Assembly (NCBI GenBank): GCA_963664875.1
Contig: OY761611.1
Coordinates: 448,001-512,000, forward strand
DNA length: 64,000 nucleotides
Reading direction: 5' to 3'
DNA from: Candidatus Kapaibacterium sp.
GTDB lineage: Bacteria > Bacteroidota > Ignavibacteria > Kapaibacteriales > UBA2268
A program made the translations under genes and the position numbers. Below the pieces are notes generated by a model. That model searched no databases. It saw only the letters and a program-made list of their open reading frames with translations, and was not told the DNA's origin. The number at the start of each line of letters is the position of its first letter. Position 1 is the first letter of the stretch. Shown here one piece after another: positions 20,474 to 30,758 of this stretch.

Positions 20474-21216
20474 AATACATAATATACATATTTCTTATAT
20501 ATTTTTGTTTTGTCAATAGCGAAGCCGGTGAAAGACAAAATAACTTTTATGTTGATATTATACTAAATAATCACTTCTTCAACGGAAATTTCAAAAATTT
20601 GGGAGGTTTGCCCGATTGCTGCCCTGATAATAGAACAGGAAACGGGTTTACTCCAAAATTTATTATAGGTACTGATCTCCCGCTCTGGGAAGAGCCATTT
20701 CTGCTGAACTTAGGGTTCAATAGAATTTCAGGTAGAATGAAACATGAAGAAAATACTTTTATCCTGATTAACGATTCTGAAGAACTTGGGAAATTTGAAC
20801 ATAGCATCAATTTTTCCTTTTATTGCTTATCTCTAGAACTTGCTAAAAAGATAAGCTTTTCTGATTTTAGCACGACTATTGGCACAGGTGGGTATTTTCT
20901 AATTCAATCCAATTACGAACAGTCAGAAAAGTTAGTTGCTCCTTTTGAATACGGAGTTTTTAGTAATACAAGAACAAGATTGAGAAATCAATCATCAGGA
21001 GATGTAAGAGATAAAAATGTATTCTTACCATTCATCTTCGTTGATTTAGCATACACATTTATTAGACCAACAGAAAATCAGATGATTAGTTTGAATCCTT
21101 ATATTCATTTTGAATTGTCTCTAACATCTTTACTTAGACAAGAGACTTGGAAATACTATAGTATTGGAGTAGGCATAAAATTTACAATACAAACTAATGT
21201 CGATAAGACTAATTAG
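20470..21216 (+). CDS. Hypothetical exported protein, probable outer-membrane beta-barrel
   Basis: Signal peptide, alternating beta-strand pattern, late YSIGVGIKF strand; LPDCCP vicinal cysteines. Confidence 0.6.
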   Translation: MKYIIYIFLIYFCFVNSEAGERQNNFYVDIILNNHFFNGNFKNLGGLPDCCPDNRTGNGFTPKFIIGTDLPLWEEPFLLNLGFNRISGRMKHEENTFILINDSEELGKFEHSINFSFYCLSLELAKKISFSDFSTTIGTGGYFLIQSNYEQSEKLVAPFEYGVFSNTRTRLRNQSSGDVRDKNVFLPFIFVDLAYTFIRPTENQMISLNPYIHFELSLTSLLRQETWKYYSIGVGIKFTIQTNVDKTN

Positions 21217-21344
21217 TCTTGAAATCGATATTAATTGTTTGCAATTCAAGAATATACATTTTCTTTGTTCATATAAATTAATTATATTTGTAATCTATAC
21301 TATTTACGATTCGTATTATTTATAATAATCGTGGTCTTCAAAAA

Positions 21345-23420
21345 ATGGATTCGAGTTCTGACTCTCTAAAATCTATCTACAAACGTGCATCTCTAAGTGC
21401 AATCAATTTTGTTAACAAAGCTAAAATGACCGAACATCTTTTTATGATCATTTTGGCTATTTTTATAGGTTTACTGACCGGATTCGGTGCGGTAGGAATT
21501 AAGTACCTTATCCACTTAATTTCTGATTTATGCTACTCCGGTGAAGGTAATTTATTAGACAATATTATAAATTCTCCATGGTATATAAAAGTATTGATTC
21601 CTGCACTAGGCGGACTGCTTGTAGGTCCTATTATACTTTGGTTTGCTCCTGAAGCTAAAGGACATGGCGTTCCGGAAGTAATGCAGGCAATCTTACAAAA
21701 AGGTGCTATCATAAGACCTCGAGTAGCAATTGTAAAAGCCTTTACTTCAGCAATTACAATAGGAACCGGAGGTTCCGTTGGTAAAGAAGGTCCAATTATT
21801 CAAATTGGTTCTTCTTTAGGATCTACTGTTGGACAGTTTTTTAATATTCCTTCTTCACGTCTAAAAACATTAGTTGGTTGTGGTGCTGCTTCCGGTATAG
21901 CAGCTGCATTCAATGCTCCGATAGCAGGTGCCATTTTTGCAGTAGAAATTATTTTGCTTGATTTTACTGCTAAACAGCTTTCTCCAATAGTAATAGCATC
22001 AGTGATGGCAACTGTTGTATCTCATACTTTCGAAGGTAATTATCCTGCATTTGTGGTACCATATTACGAATTAAAAAGCTCTTATGAAATCATTTTCTAT
22101 TTCATTTTAGGTGGTCTAAGTGGCATAGTATCTTGGATGTTTATCAAAATACTATACTTTTTCGAGCATATCTGGGAAGAAAAAATAAAAATTCCAAAAT
22201 ATATGAAAGCTACATTAGGTGGTTTGATTGTTGGAACTATTGCTCTTGCATTCCCACAGGTTATGGGTACAGGTTATGAATATATTACTATTGCTCTTAG
22301 CTCAAATGCAGTTTGGACTACCGCATTGTTATTAATCTTTGTTAAAAGCATTGCAACATCTATAACATTAGGTTCTGGTGGCTCAGGTGGAGCTTTTGCA
22401 CCTTCTCTATTCGTGGGTGCTATGTTAGGAGCATTTTTTGGTTTCTTTGTTCATCAGTTCTTCCCTGATGTAACTGCCGATCCCGGTGCTTATGCTTTAG
22501 TTGCAATGGGTGGTCTTGTTGCAGGTACTGTGAGAGCTCCTTTGACAGCTATCATCATCGTTTTTGAACTCACTAAACAAAATAGTATCATTTTGCCTTT
22601 GATGATAGTAGTAACTATTTCAATGATTTTGTCTTCTAAATTGTCTCGTGAATCAATTTACACGCTTACTTTGGTTCTTAGAGGTATCAAAGTAAAAGAT
22701 ACTGCTGATTATAGTATTCTAAGTTCAATTCATGTAAGAGATTTATACGATAAAAACTTCGTTTTTGTCGATGAAAAAATCAATTTTAGTGAAGTTGTTT
22801 ACAATATTATCAGCAAAAAACAACCTTCTTTGGCTGTTCTCTCTCAAAAAGGGGCTTATATTGGTATCATTTCGATAGATAATATAAAAGAATTTATTTT
22901 AGACTCTGATGAATTGAAACATGTTTTAATTGCGGGCGATTTAGCAGACAAAAACGTACCTAAAGTTACATTAGATGATTCTCTGAAAACTGTTTTCGAA
23001 CAATTTTCGAAATGTGATTACGACGGTTTACCAGTTATGTCAGGTAAAGATAGCTCTTTTCTTGCCGGTATGATATGGAGAAAAGATGTTGATGATGCTT
23101 ATCAAAAAGAACTTAGCAGACAGCAACTTACCTCTGATTTGGCAACAAAACTTACATTGAATAATTCTTCTGAAGATGTACACTTTTTGGAAGGATATAT
23201 TATTACTGAAATTGATGTACCAAAAGCTTTCGTTGGCAAAACCATAAAAGATTTGAATATAAGATCTGTTTATGGTGTTGATATTCTTTCAATAAAGAGA
23301 CCTATACAAAACTCAACGGATATAAAAGCCATACCTGAAGCAAATCACAAATTTGCACAAAATGAAAAGATCATTGTTGCCGGTGAAGCGGAAAAAATAA
23401 ATTTAATAAAAACAATTTAG
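21345..23420 (+). CDS. ClC-family chloride transporter with CBS pair and TrkA-C domain
   Basis: GHGVPE, GKEGP, AAFNAP, GGAFAP, SIYT; C-terminal CBS and FVGKTIKDLNIR (RCK_C). Confidence 0.93.
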   Translation: MDSSSDSLKSIYKRASLSAINFVNKAKMTEHLFMIILAIFIGLLTGFGAVGIKYLIHLISDLCYSGEGNLLDNIINSPWYIKVLIPALGGLLVGPIILWFAPEAKGHGVPEVMQAILQKGAIIRPRVAIVKAFTSAITIGTGGSVGKEGPIIQIGSSLGSTVGQFFNIPSSRLKTLVGCGAASGIAAAFNAPIAGAIFAVEIILLDFTAKQLSPIVIASVMATVVSHTFEGNYPAFVVPYYELKSSYEIIFYFILGGLSGIVSWMFIKILYFFEHIWEEKIKIPKYMKATLGGLIVGTIALAFPQVMGTGYEYITIALSSNAVWTTALLLIFVKSIATSITLGSGGSGGAFAPSLFVGAMLGAFFGFFVHQFFPDVTADPGAYALVAMGGLVAGTVRAPLTAIIIVFELTKQNSIILPLMIVVTISMILSSKLSRESIYTLTLVLRGIKVKDTADYSILSSIHVRDLYDKNFVFVDEKINFSEVVYNIISKKQPSLAVLSQKGAYIGIISIDNIKEFILDSDELKHVLIAGDLADKNVPKVTLDDSLKTVFEQFSKCDYDGLPVMSGKDSSFLAGMIWRKDVDDAYQKELSRQQLTSDLATKLTLNNSSEDVHFLEGYIITEIDVPKAFVGKTIKDLNIRSVYGVDILSIKRPIQNSTDIKAIPEANHKFAQNEKIIVAGEAEKINLIKTI

Positions 23421-23635
23421 GGTTATTGAAATTTCAAAATATTGGAACTACGGACTTTTCAGTCAGTAAGATAACATAGTCAAAGAAACAAATATCTGAC
23501 ATAATTACTACAAATCCATCCTATTCCAAAATAGGATATTATCCTTATTTGCTCTGATTCGCATAGTCTTCCATACTTATCTGACCAAAAAACTCACTTT
23601 TCTTTGAGTATTAGTTAAATATAATAAAAAAAACC

Positions 23636-23697
23636 TTTGACAATTCTTTAGCAATATCTATTTTTGTTCTTAGCTATACCTAATAGGTAAATTCCTA
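23636..23697 (+). promoter_or_regulatory. feo operon promoter (TTTG ... TAnnTTTG) overlapped by three DtxR/MntR-like palindromes
   Basis: tttgaca at 23636, tatttttg at 23659; boxes TTAGcaatatCTAT (23648), TTAGctatacCTAA (23670), TAGGtaaattCCTA (23684). Confidence 0.7.
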
Positions 23698-23702
23698 AAA
23701 TA

Positions 23703-23948
23703 TTGGATGATGTGATGACAACTTTATTAGACGCTCCCGACAATATTGTTCTAAAAATAAAAGAAATAATTGCCGGCGATACCGCTAAAATCAAACTTAG
23801 TAATCTGGGTTTGAATATCGGAGATAATGTAATTAAAATTAGAAGCAAAAAGTCAGGTCCCGTTTTATTACATAACGAATCTAATGCTATCTCGAAACTT
23901 GCCATTGGTAAAGGTTTAGCAGAAAAAATCGGTGTAGAGGAAGTATGA
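23703..23948 (+). CDS. feoA: FeoA
   Basis: KLSNLGLNIG, GPV, LAIGKGLAEKI; overlaps feoB start. Confidence 0.85.
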   Translation: MDDVMTTLLDAPDNIVLKIKEIIAGDTAKIKLSNLGLNIGDNVIKIRSKKSGPVLLHNESNAISKLAIGKGLAEKIGVEEV

Positions 23949-25858
23949 GAGATATAAAAACTATAGCACTCATCGGACAGCCAAATTCCGGCAAAAGTAC
24001 TATTTTCTCTGTTATGTCTGACATCAAGACTTCTGCATCAGGTTCAACTTATGAGCAAAAAAAGTCTTTAATAAATATTTTTGGTGAGAAGTTTAATCTT
24101 GTGGATTTGCCCGGGATTTACTCCTTAAATTCTTCTCAAAATTCTGAAGAGCTCACTTTAGATTACCTTCTAAAAGGGAAAGTAGATTTAATAATAAATG
24201 TTGTAGATGGTACTCTTCTTGCCAGGTCTTTAGAATTGACTGTTGAGCTTCTCGAATTAGGACTTCCTATGATTGTAGCAGTCAATATGGAAGATATATT
24301 TTCCAATTATGGTATCACAATAGATTATAAAAAATTACAAGAGATACTTAATGTCCCTGTAATTCCAACACAAGCTCTTTTTGGTAAAGGCATAAAAAAT
24401 CTTACTGAGCATTGTTATAAAAGAATAAAAGGTAAATCCATTGCTCCCGGTACGCTTGATTACACACATCATTTTGAAATGCATCTCCAAAAGTTGTACC
24501 CGGTAATAGAACCTTTGAAAGAAAAATACAACGCTAAGACACGTTTCTTCGCAATTAAAGCCATAGAAAACCCAAAGGTTTTGCCTCAGGACATCAGAGA
24601 GGCAGTGTCTGATATATCCTCCGGCATCAGACGAGAATTAGAAGAAGAGCATGGAAAGGATACATTTGAAACTGTTTCATACGAGAGGCACCATCTTGCA
24701 ATGAAAATGGCAGAAGATATTTCTGTTATTTCAAATCGGAGATCAAAACCTTTTATAGAAAAAATTGACAATTTGCTTTTACATCCAGTTTTTGGAAACT
24801 TTTTCCTTGTCATCTTTTTCTTTCTTTACTTCTTATCAATTTTTGTTGTTGGTGATTTTCTGGCAGGATTATTAGAATCACCTTTAGAAAATCTTGCAAC
24901 ATATTTTCAAGGTTTGAAGGAAGTGAATGAATTTGCGTGGTTTTCTGTCAATGGAGCCTATCAGGGGCTGATTGGTGTCGTTGGAATCGTATTACCTTAC
25001 TTTCTTCCTTTAGTCTTTCTAACTTCTTTATTTGAAGACACAGGCTATTTGTCCCGAATTGCATTTCTAATTGATGGCTTGATGCATAGAGTAGGTTTGC
25101 ATGGAAAATCTGTAGTATCTTTTATACTTGGGCTGGGTTGTGCTATCCCTGCTATTTATGCAACAAGGATGCTCGAAGACAAAAGAGACAGAGTAATAAG
25201 TGCTATGCTTATCCCATTTGTTCCGTGTTCTGCTAGAATAACAGTAATATTTGCTCTTGCGGCTGCTTTTACCGGACCAATATGGGCAATGGTAATCTTC
25301 CTATATATTTTACTTGTAATAGCGATTGTAGGTAAGGTACTGTCTAAATTTTTGTCTGAACCTACAGGAATGGTTTTAGAAATACCACGCCTAAGAAAAC
25401 CACTACTAAAATCTTCTGCAAAGTCAACCTGGTTAAAAACAAAAGATTTTATAAGAGAAGCTACTATATTTTTAATTGGCGGTGGTGTATTCCTTGGCTG
25501 GGTTGAGTATTTTGGAGTTGCACAGTTTTTAGATGCTGCTTTTGCTCCTATTCTACATGCAATTTTAGGACTACCTGAACAGTTAGGCTCAACTCTTATA
25601 TTTGGCTTTTGGAGAAAAGAATTGATTTTGGTTATGGCAAACCAAGCACTTAACGTATCTACACTTTCAGCTTTACCTCTTACTAATGCACAAGTGATAG
25701 TATTCGTAATTTTTGTTGCATTGTATTTTCCGTGCTTTACAACATTTGTTGTTATTGTTAAAGAATTCAGCTGGAAAATAGCCACTTATTCCGGTATTTT
25801 GGCACTTGCTATTGCCACTATCTCAGCTTTTTTGTTCAAAATAATACTTGGTGCCTAA
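23945..25858 (+). CDS. feoB: FeoB-family metal transporter
   Basis: GQPNSGKS, DLPGIYSL, NMED, EDTGYLSR, GLGC, PFVPCSAR, LYFPC. Confidence 0.94.
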   Translation: MRDIKTIALIGQPNSGKSTIFSVMSDIKTSASGSTYEQKKSLINIFGEKFNLVDLPGIYSLNSSQNSEELTLDYLLKGKVDLIINVVDGTLLARSLELTVELLELGLPMIVAVNMEDIFSNYGITIDYKKLQEILNVPVIPTQALFGKGIKNLTEHCYKRIKGKSIAPGTLDYTHHFEMHLQKLYPVIEPLKEKYNAKTRFFAIKAIENPKVLPQDIREAVSDISSGIRRELEEEHGKDTFETVSYERHHLAMKMAEDISVISNRRSKPFIEKIDNLLLHPVFGNFFLVIFFFLYFLSIFVVGDFLAGLLESPLENLATYFQGLKEVNEFAWFSVNGAYQGLIGVVGIVLPYFLPLVFLTSLFEDTGYLSRIAFLIDGLMHRVGLHGKSVVSFILGLGCAIPAIYATRMLEDKRDRVISAMLIPFVPCSARITVIFALAAAFTGPIWAMVIFLYILLVIAIVGKVLSKFLSEPTGMVLEIPRLRKPLLKSSAKSTWLKTKDFIREATIFLIGGGVFLGWVEYFGVAQFLDAAFAPILHAILGLPEQLGSTLIFGFWRKELILVMANQALNVSTLSALPLTNAQVIVFVIFVALYFPCFTTFVVIVKEFSWKIATYSGILALAIATISAFLFKIILGA

Positions 25859-25932
25859 AAAACATTTAGATAAGAATAAAATATTTCTTAGTTTATATAA
25901 AACATTAATGTACCACTTTTGATTTGTGAATT

Positions 25933-26577
25933 ATGCTAAGTCAAGCCGTACAAGATTATCTGAAGACAATATACAAGTTACAGGAAACGGGGCCTGTATC
26001 AACTACAAAGATTGCAAAAGAATTGAATATATCAGGTGCCTCCGTGACAGGAATGCTAAAACGATTAGCTTCTATGGGAATGGTAGATTATAATTCGTAC
26101 AAAGGTGTCAAACTAACATCTAACGGAGAAAAAATTGCTTTAGAGATTCTAAGGCATCACAGATTGTTAGAGCTTTATCTGAAAGAAATGCTTGGATTCT
26201 CTTTAGAAAAAGTCCACGACGAGGCATGCCGTTTAGAGCATCATATTTCACCTGAGTTTCTCGAAAAAATTGATGATTTACTTGGCAATCCACAATTTGA
26301 CCCACATGGGCATCCAATTCCTCAGCGAGATGGCAATCTTCCAAGTTTGCAAGAAAATGTCCTTCTAGAAATAGATCCCGGTAGAACAGTTACTATATCT
26401 CGTTTAGCCGATAACGATCCGGAAATGCTAGCCTATTTTGAAACGCAGGGGCTTGTTCCTTCAGTAGTGATTCAGGTAATGGAGAAAGCTCCATTCAACG
26501 GACCAATTACTATTAAATTGAACGGTCAAAATAAAATATTAGGCAACGAGGTTGCTAGAAATATATATGTGAAATAG
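25933..26577 (+). CDS. DtxR/MntR metal-dependent repressor with C-terminal FeoA-like domain
   Basis: QDYLKTIY, SVTGMLKRL, RHHRLLELYL, HDEACRLEH, DPHGHPIP. Confidence 0.94.
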   Translation: MLSQAVQDYLKTIYKLQETGPVSTTKIAKELNISGASVTGMLKRLASMGMVDYNSYKGVKLTSNGEKIALEILRHHRLLELYLKEMLGFSLEKVHDEACRLEHHISPEFLEKIDDLLGNPQFDPHGHPIPQRDGNLPSLQENVLLEIDPGRTVTISRLADNDPEMLAYFETQGLVPSVVIQVMEKAPFNGPITIKLNGQNKILGNEVARNIYVK

Positions 26578-26609
26578 CATCACAGCTTTTGTATATTATA
26601 CTTGAATTT

Positions 26610-26648
26610 ATATAAAAGAAGCGAGTCTAATCTCGCTTCTTTTATATA
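26610..26648. terminator. Bidirectional intrinsic terminator
   Basis: tataaaagaagcgag-tctaat-ctcgcttcttttata. Confidence 0.9.
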
Positions 26649-26820
26649 GTGATTTTATGATATTTGATTGATTCCATGATTCATTTCAAGGCAACATTCA
26701 TGTATTTATACTCAGCTCCTTGAGTCTTATTTGATGAATCAAATTCTGTGCTGCATTTTTCTTAGACAAGATATTGGAATTGACTTACAAAAATCAAAAA
26801 AATTACTTAATATCCTTTTT

Positions 26821-27354
26821 TTATTCTTTCTCAGATTCGCAGAGTACTTTAAGTTGTTTCAAACCTTTTTCGTAATCTGCTGCAATCATATCTTCCAGAC
26901 CTAATCCGAGCCATCTGCCAAAGAAGCCGAGGTCAGCCTTCATACCCCAAATTACTTCTGTAGCACTATTTTTGTCATTAAATATGAAATATCCTGTCCC
27001 CCATTGCTGTCCTGCAAATGTAAGTTGTGTTTCAAGATACTTGTTGTCTTCGAATTTCGAAATTTTTAGACTCCCAATCCCAACATTTTCATGCTTACTT
27101 TCCCAATCCATTACGGCTCCTAAACCAGAGCTGCTATTTGAATATTTAACAATCATAGCAGTATCAATTTGATGCCATGGCGACCAATCAGTCCAACGTT
27201 TTAATTCGTTTACTTTAGGAAAAACATGTTCTACATTTTTATTGATTATAATACTTCGATTCATATCGAATTCAGGAGAAAGAAAAAAAGTAGAAACCAA
27301 TAAGATCAAGATTATTCCTATTAAAGCAAGAAATATATACTTTAAAAATTTCAC
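26821..27354 (-). CDS. SRPBCC/START-like protein with N-terminal membrane anchor
   Basis: RSIIIN, WTDWSPW, GLGAVMDW, DYEKGLKQLK; GGAG RBS before GTG. Confidence 0.85.
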   Translation of the reverse strand: MKFLKYIFLALIGIILILLVSTFFLSPEFDMNRSIIINKNVEHVFPKVNELKRWTDWSPWHQIDTAMIVKYSNSSSGLGAVMDWESKHENVGIGSLKISKFEDNKYLETQLTFAGQQWGTGYFIFNDKNSATEVIWGMKADLGFFGRWLGLGLEDMIAADYEKGLKQLKVLCESEKE

Positions 27355-27372
27355 GTTATACTCCTACAAATA

Positions 27373-27396
27373 AGGGCTATTTATTGTAATAGCCCT
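27373..27396 (-). terminator. Hairpin downstream of the split hypothetical gene
   Basis: agggctatt...aatagccct. Confidence 0.55.
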
Positions 27397-27426
27397 GAAT
27401 AAAGAAACTGTAAATTAGAAATGTAT

Positions 27427-28988
27427 CTATTCAGCAGCATATACTTTTACTTGATCATTTAGTTCTTGAATCATGTGATCCCATAAAGTAGTATATGGAA
27501 CTATTTCTAATGAATCAAGTATTTCGTTATCCGGCGTATTTTCGACTAATTGTTTATAGTATCTCAATGTAGTCTTACGAATCATGTTAGCTTTGAAATT
27601 ATGTTGAATCATTGTTTGCAACATTCTTAAGAAAGCAAAAGTCCTTCTGTGACCTCTAGTTTAAGAGTATTTCTCTCTAAATAGAAAGCAATTTCACCTT
27701 CCAAATCAAGTATTCGTCTAAACTCGTTATTGGCAAAAAAGTGCATAAATTGAATTACAAGGAAAGAGGTATTGAATTCGAGTCTGTCTTTTTCATAATT
27801 CGGCATATTGTCTAGAATTTCAAGAATTTCAAATTTTTTCTTGAAAGGCTTTGATACCATTCTTTTAGATCTTAATCTTCCCATAGCAGTGAGGACATAA
27901 ATTGCTCCTGCATAAAGTCTCCAATTGTCAAATACTTGTTCTGACATATTTTTGAAGTTGACATTATTCATTACTTCTGTAATTACCATTTCTGCACGTT
28001 TGTATTCCTCGCCGTGTATGAGCAACACAAAAAAGTTTTGCAATACTGCAAACCAAAAATCAGAACCTTCAGGGAACATTTCTATAACATCATCAGCCAA
28101 TTTAATGTTTTCATCGATACTACCTACTCTTCGGAATGCATCTAATTTTGCCTGAGCAAACTCAATGAAGACTTCATGGCTGTACATATCAGGATTGTCT
28201 TTATAGTATTTTTGTATCTCATTACATATTCTGAGTACATTTTCGTAATCATATTTGATTTGATGGAGGTATAGTTGTATTTGGTAATATCTGATTTTAA
28301 GCATGTGAGAATCTGCACCTAACATCAAAGAATCTAATTTCTTGACACTTTTTTCTGTGCGAATCACGAAGGCTTCAGGGTGAACTGTTTTATCAACTTT
28401 ACGATAAAGATCGCAATATAACTCGTTGGCTACAATCTCAGCGTTGTAAATATGTATTTCTTTTCTTACGATTTCGACGTATTCTGAATATTTTAGTTTG
28501 GTTCTTGCTTTGGAAGACATTTGCATCAATATTTTCCCAGCTTCAAGAATAAATTCTGATATTTTATATCGAAGAGCATAATCAAGTACTTTGTCTAAAA
28601 TCTTTACACCGCTCTTCTCAGCTTTTTTTTCTATAAGTGTTCTTCCTACTTCTAAATCTCTCTTTAACTGGTAGTAGTTTTCCTCATAAGGACTAACCCA
28701 TGGTTGCTTTTTTTCTAAAAGAAGTACTGTTTCCAAAAGCTTTTCTTTTAGGCGAGACTTGAGCATCTGATATTTCTTTTCAGATGCATCTGAATTATAC
28801 AAATCGTAAGCAGCATCTTCGTCTGAGGCATATTTGTGTTCTTTTATGCCTTCATAGAAGCTATGCATCATTGTATCGCCGCCCTCTTGTAAGTCTTCGG
28901 GAATACCTTCGAGTCTTTTTTGTCGCTTAGCATTTACTATCTTGACAATTTCAATAAGTTCTTTCACGGTAATATTCCTTTTAATCAT
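27427..28988 (-). pseudogene. Frameshifted ~530-aa helical hypothetical protein (ORFs 27627-28988 and 27427-27660 are probably one gene)
   Basis: The downstream frame is open from 27660 (TRGHRRTFAFLRMLQTM...EIVPYTTLW); one extra base at ctt-aaa-cta would fuse the two frames. Confidence 0.6.
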
Positions 28989-29199
28989 ACAATAAATACT
29001 TTTTTGAATTTAAGAATATTTAATCTAAAATCAAAATATTTTTTTCTTATCGTAACTATATGATATATAAGGAATAAGGATACTGCATTTACCTTGGAGT
29101 ACACAATACCGCAAATATTTTCAAATTTAACTATGTTTGTTTTGGAATCAAAACTACATAATGAAATATATTAATCAATATAAAAGTGTAGAAAACAGA

Positions 29200-30675
29200 T
29201 TATCTTTTCAACATATTTTTCATCTCATTGATTTCATTTCTTGTATAAAAACCTAAAATCTTTAGAAGCAAGACATGAGAACACAACAAAACAATTTTGG
29301 AGACTATTTGAGTTATGCCAGTAAAAGTATTGGAAAGAATATAATCAGCAATAAAAATGGAAAGCGTTGATATAAGTATTTTCAATACCCTGCCCCACTC
29401 ATACTCTACTTCGTAAATTTTCTTCTGGAATTTATAGAGGATGGCAGCACTTATCAGATAAGCAAACAATGTGTTGTATGCAGCTGCTATATAACCAAAA
29501 ACAGGAATAAATACGATATTAGAAATAATATTAAAGATAGCTGCCGTACCTACTGCCATAGGTAGATATTTTGTATTTTTAGTAATATAAAACGCAGATG
29601 TGATATTAGTAAAAACACCGTTAAAATAATAAGCAGCCAAAATAATGGGCACTATTCCCAATGCCTCCCAATATTCACTGTTTATCAAAGTTCTTGATTC
29701 TGTGATAGGTATTTTTACGATTAAGTCAACAAAAAGAGTAATAAACAAAAACAACACCGATGCAAGTAATGTAAAATAGGTAAAAACTCTTGCAAACATT
29801 TCCTTAGCATTGCCTTCTTTTCTATTATTTAGATAAAATGGTTTCCATGCGTATTCAAACATTGAAACGAAAAGCATCATGGGGATTCCCAATTTATAAT
29901 TTATCGAATAAATACCTGCCTGATGTGAGCCCTCTGAGCCACCTATAAGGAATTTCATCAAAGGCTGGTCTGATATTTGAAGAACAATTGCTGATAAACT
30001 TGCGGGTATTGTCGGCAAACCAAATATTATCATTTCTTTATACAATTGAACATCGAAAATTAGCAACCTATTGTTGTAAAGCTGTTTACCAAGGACGATT
30101 GCTCCTATGACAGAGGAAATAAATTGAGCTTGCAACGCACCTGCCGGACCTAATTTTAGGACGATTACAAAATACAATGACAATGCAACTGCAATAACGA
30201 TTATTGAAAACCTCGTTATTGTAAACTGTTTTGCTTTATCGGTAAGTCTTAGAAATGCATATGGAATCAGCATCAATGAGTCAAGGAAGGGTATCCAAGC
30301 AGCATATCTAATCATGGGCAAACCGTAGGGCTCTCTCGTAAAAAGAAGAGCAAGCTCTTTAGAAAATAAAAACAAAACGAGCGACAAAATAAATGAAGTA
30401 ATAGCTATACTTAAGTAAGATGTAGAAAACACCCTCCTACTTCTGTTGCAATCATCTTTATCCCAAAATCTAAAAAAAGCAGATTCCATCCCAAATGTAG
30501 CAAATATTCCCATAAATGCAACAATTGCAAGGACAGATGCCAAATCTCCCATTTCACTTGTAGATAAATCTTCAGTATAAAAAAGAGTCAGAATAAAAGT
30601 TAAAAATCTGCCGGCAATCATCATCAAGCCATATACAAGGGTATCTTTGCTCAATGATTTGAGTTTATCTTTCAT
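29200..30675 (-). CDS. Polysaccharide/O-antigen flippase (MOP superfamily)
   Basis: KDTLVYG, GMESAFFRF, YAWKPF; about 14 TM segments. Confidence 0.88.
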   Translation of the reverse strand: MKDKLKSLSKDTLVYGLMMIAGRFLTFILTLFYTEDLSTSEMGDLASVLAIVAFMGIFATFGMESAFFRFWDKDDCNRSRRVFSTSYLSIAITSFILSLVLFLFSKELALLFTREPYGLPMIRYAAWIPFLDSLMLIPYAFLRLTDKAKQFTITRFSIIVIAVALSLYFVIVLKLGPAGALQAQFISSVIGAIVLGKQLYNNRLLIFDVQLYKEMIIFGLPTIPASLSAIVLQISDQPLMKFLIGGSEGSHQAGIYSINYKLGIPMMLFVSMFEYAWKPFYLNNRKEGNAKEMFARVFTYFTLLASVLFLFITLFVDLIVKIPITESRTLINSEYWEALGIVPIILAAYYFNGVFTNITSAFYITKNTKYLPMAVGTAAIFNIISNIVFIPVFGYIAAAYNTLFAYLISAAILYKFQKKIYEVEYEWGRVLKILISTLSIFIADYILSNTFTGITQIVSKIVLLCSHVLLLKILGFYTRNEINEMKNMLKR

Positions 30676-30758
30676 TTTTTATGCTACATATTGGTTACAG
30701 AATACATTTTTGTTTTTATTTATGAACAATACTTCTTATTTTAAGGCGTGCAAAAATA

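Noticed and set aside
21217-21344. Possible fluoride riboswitch or ClC-F upstream of the ClC gene
   Set aside because: No crcB-motif consensus visible, and the protein lacks the GNNLI/GREGT ClC-F signatures
25156-25785. 209-aa antisense ORF within feoB
   Set aside because: Shadow ORF from the codon bias of a hydrophobic membrane gene; no motifs or RBS
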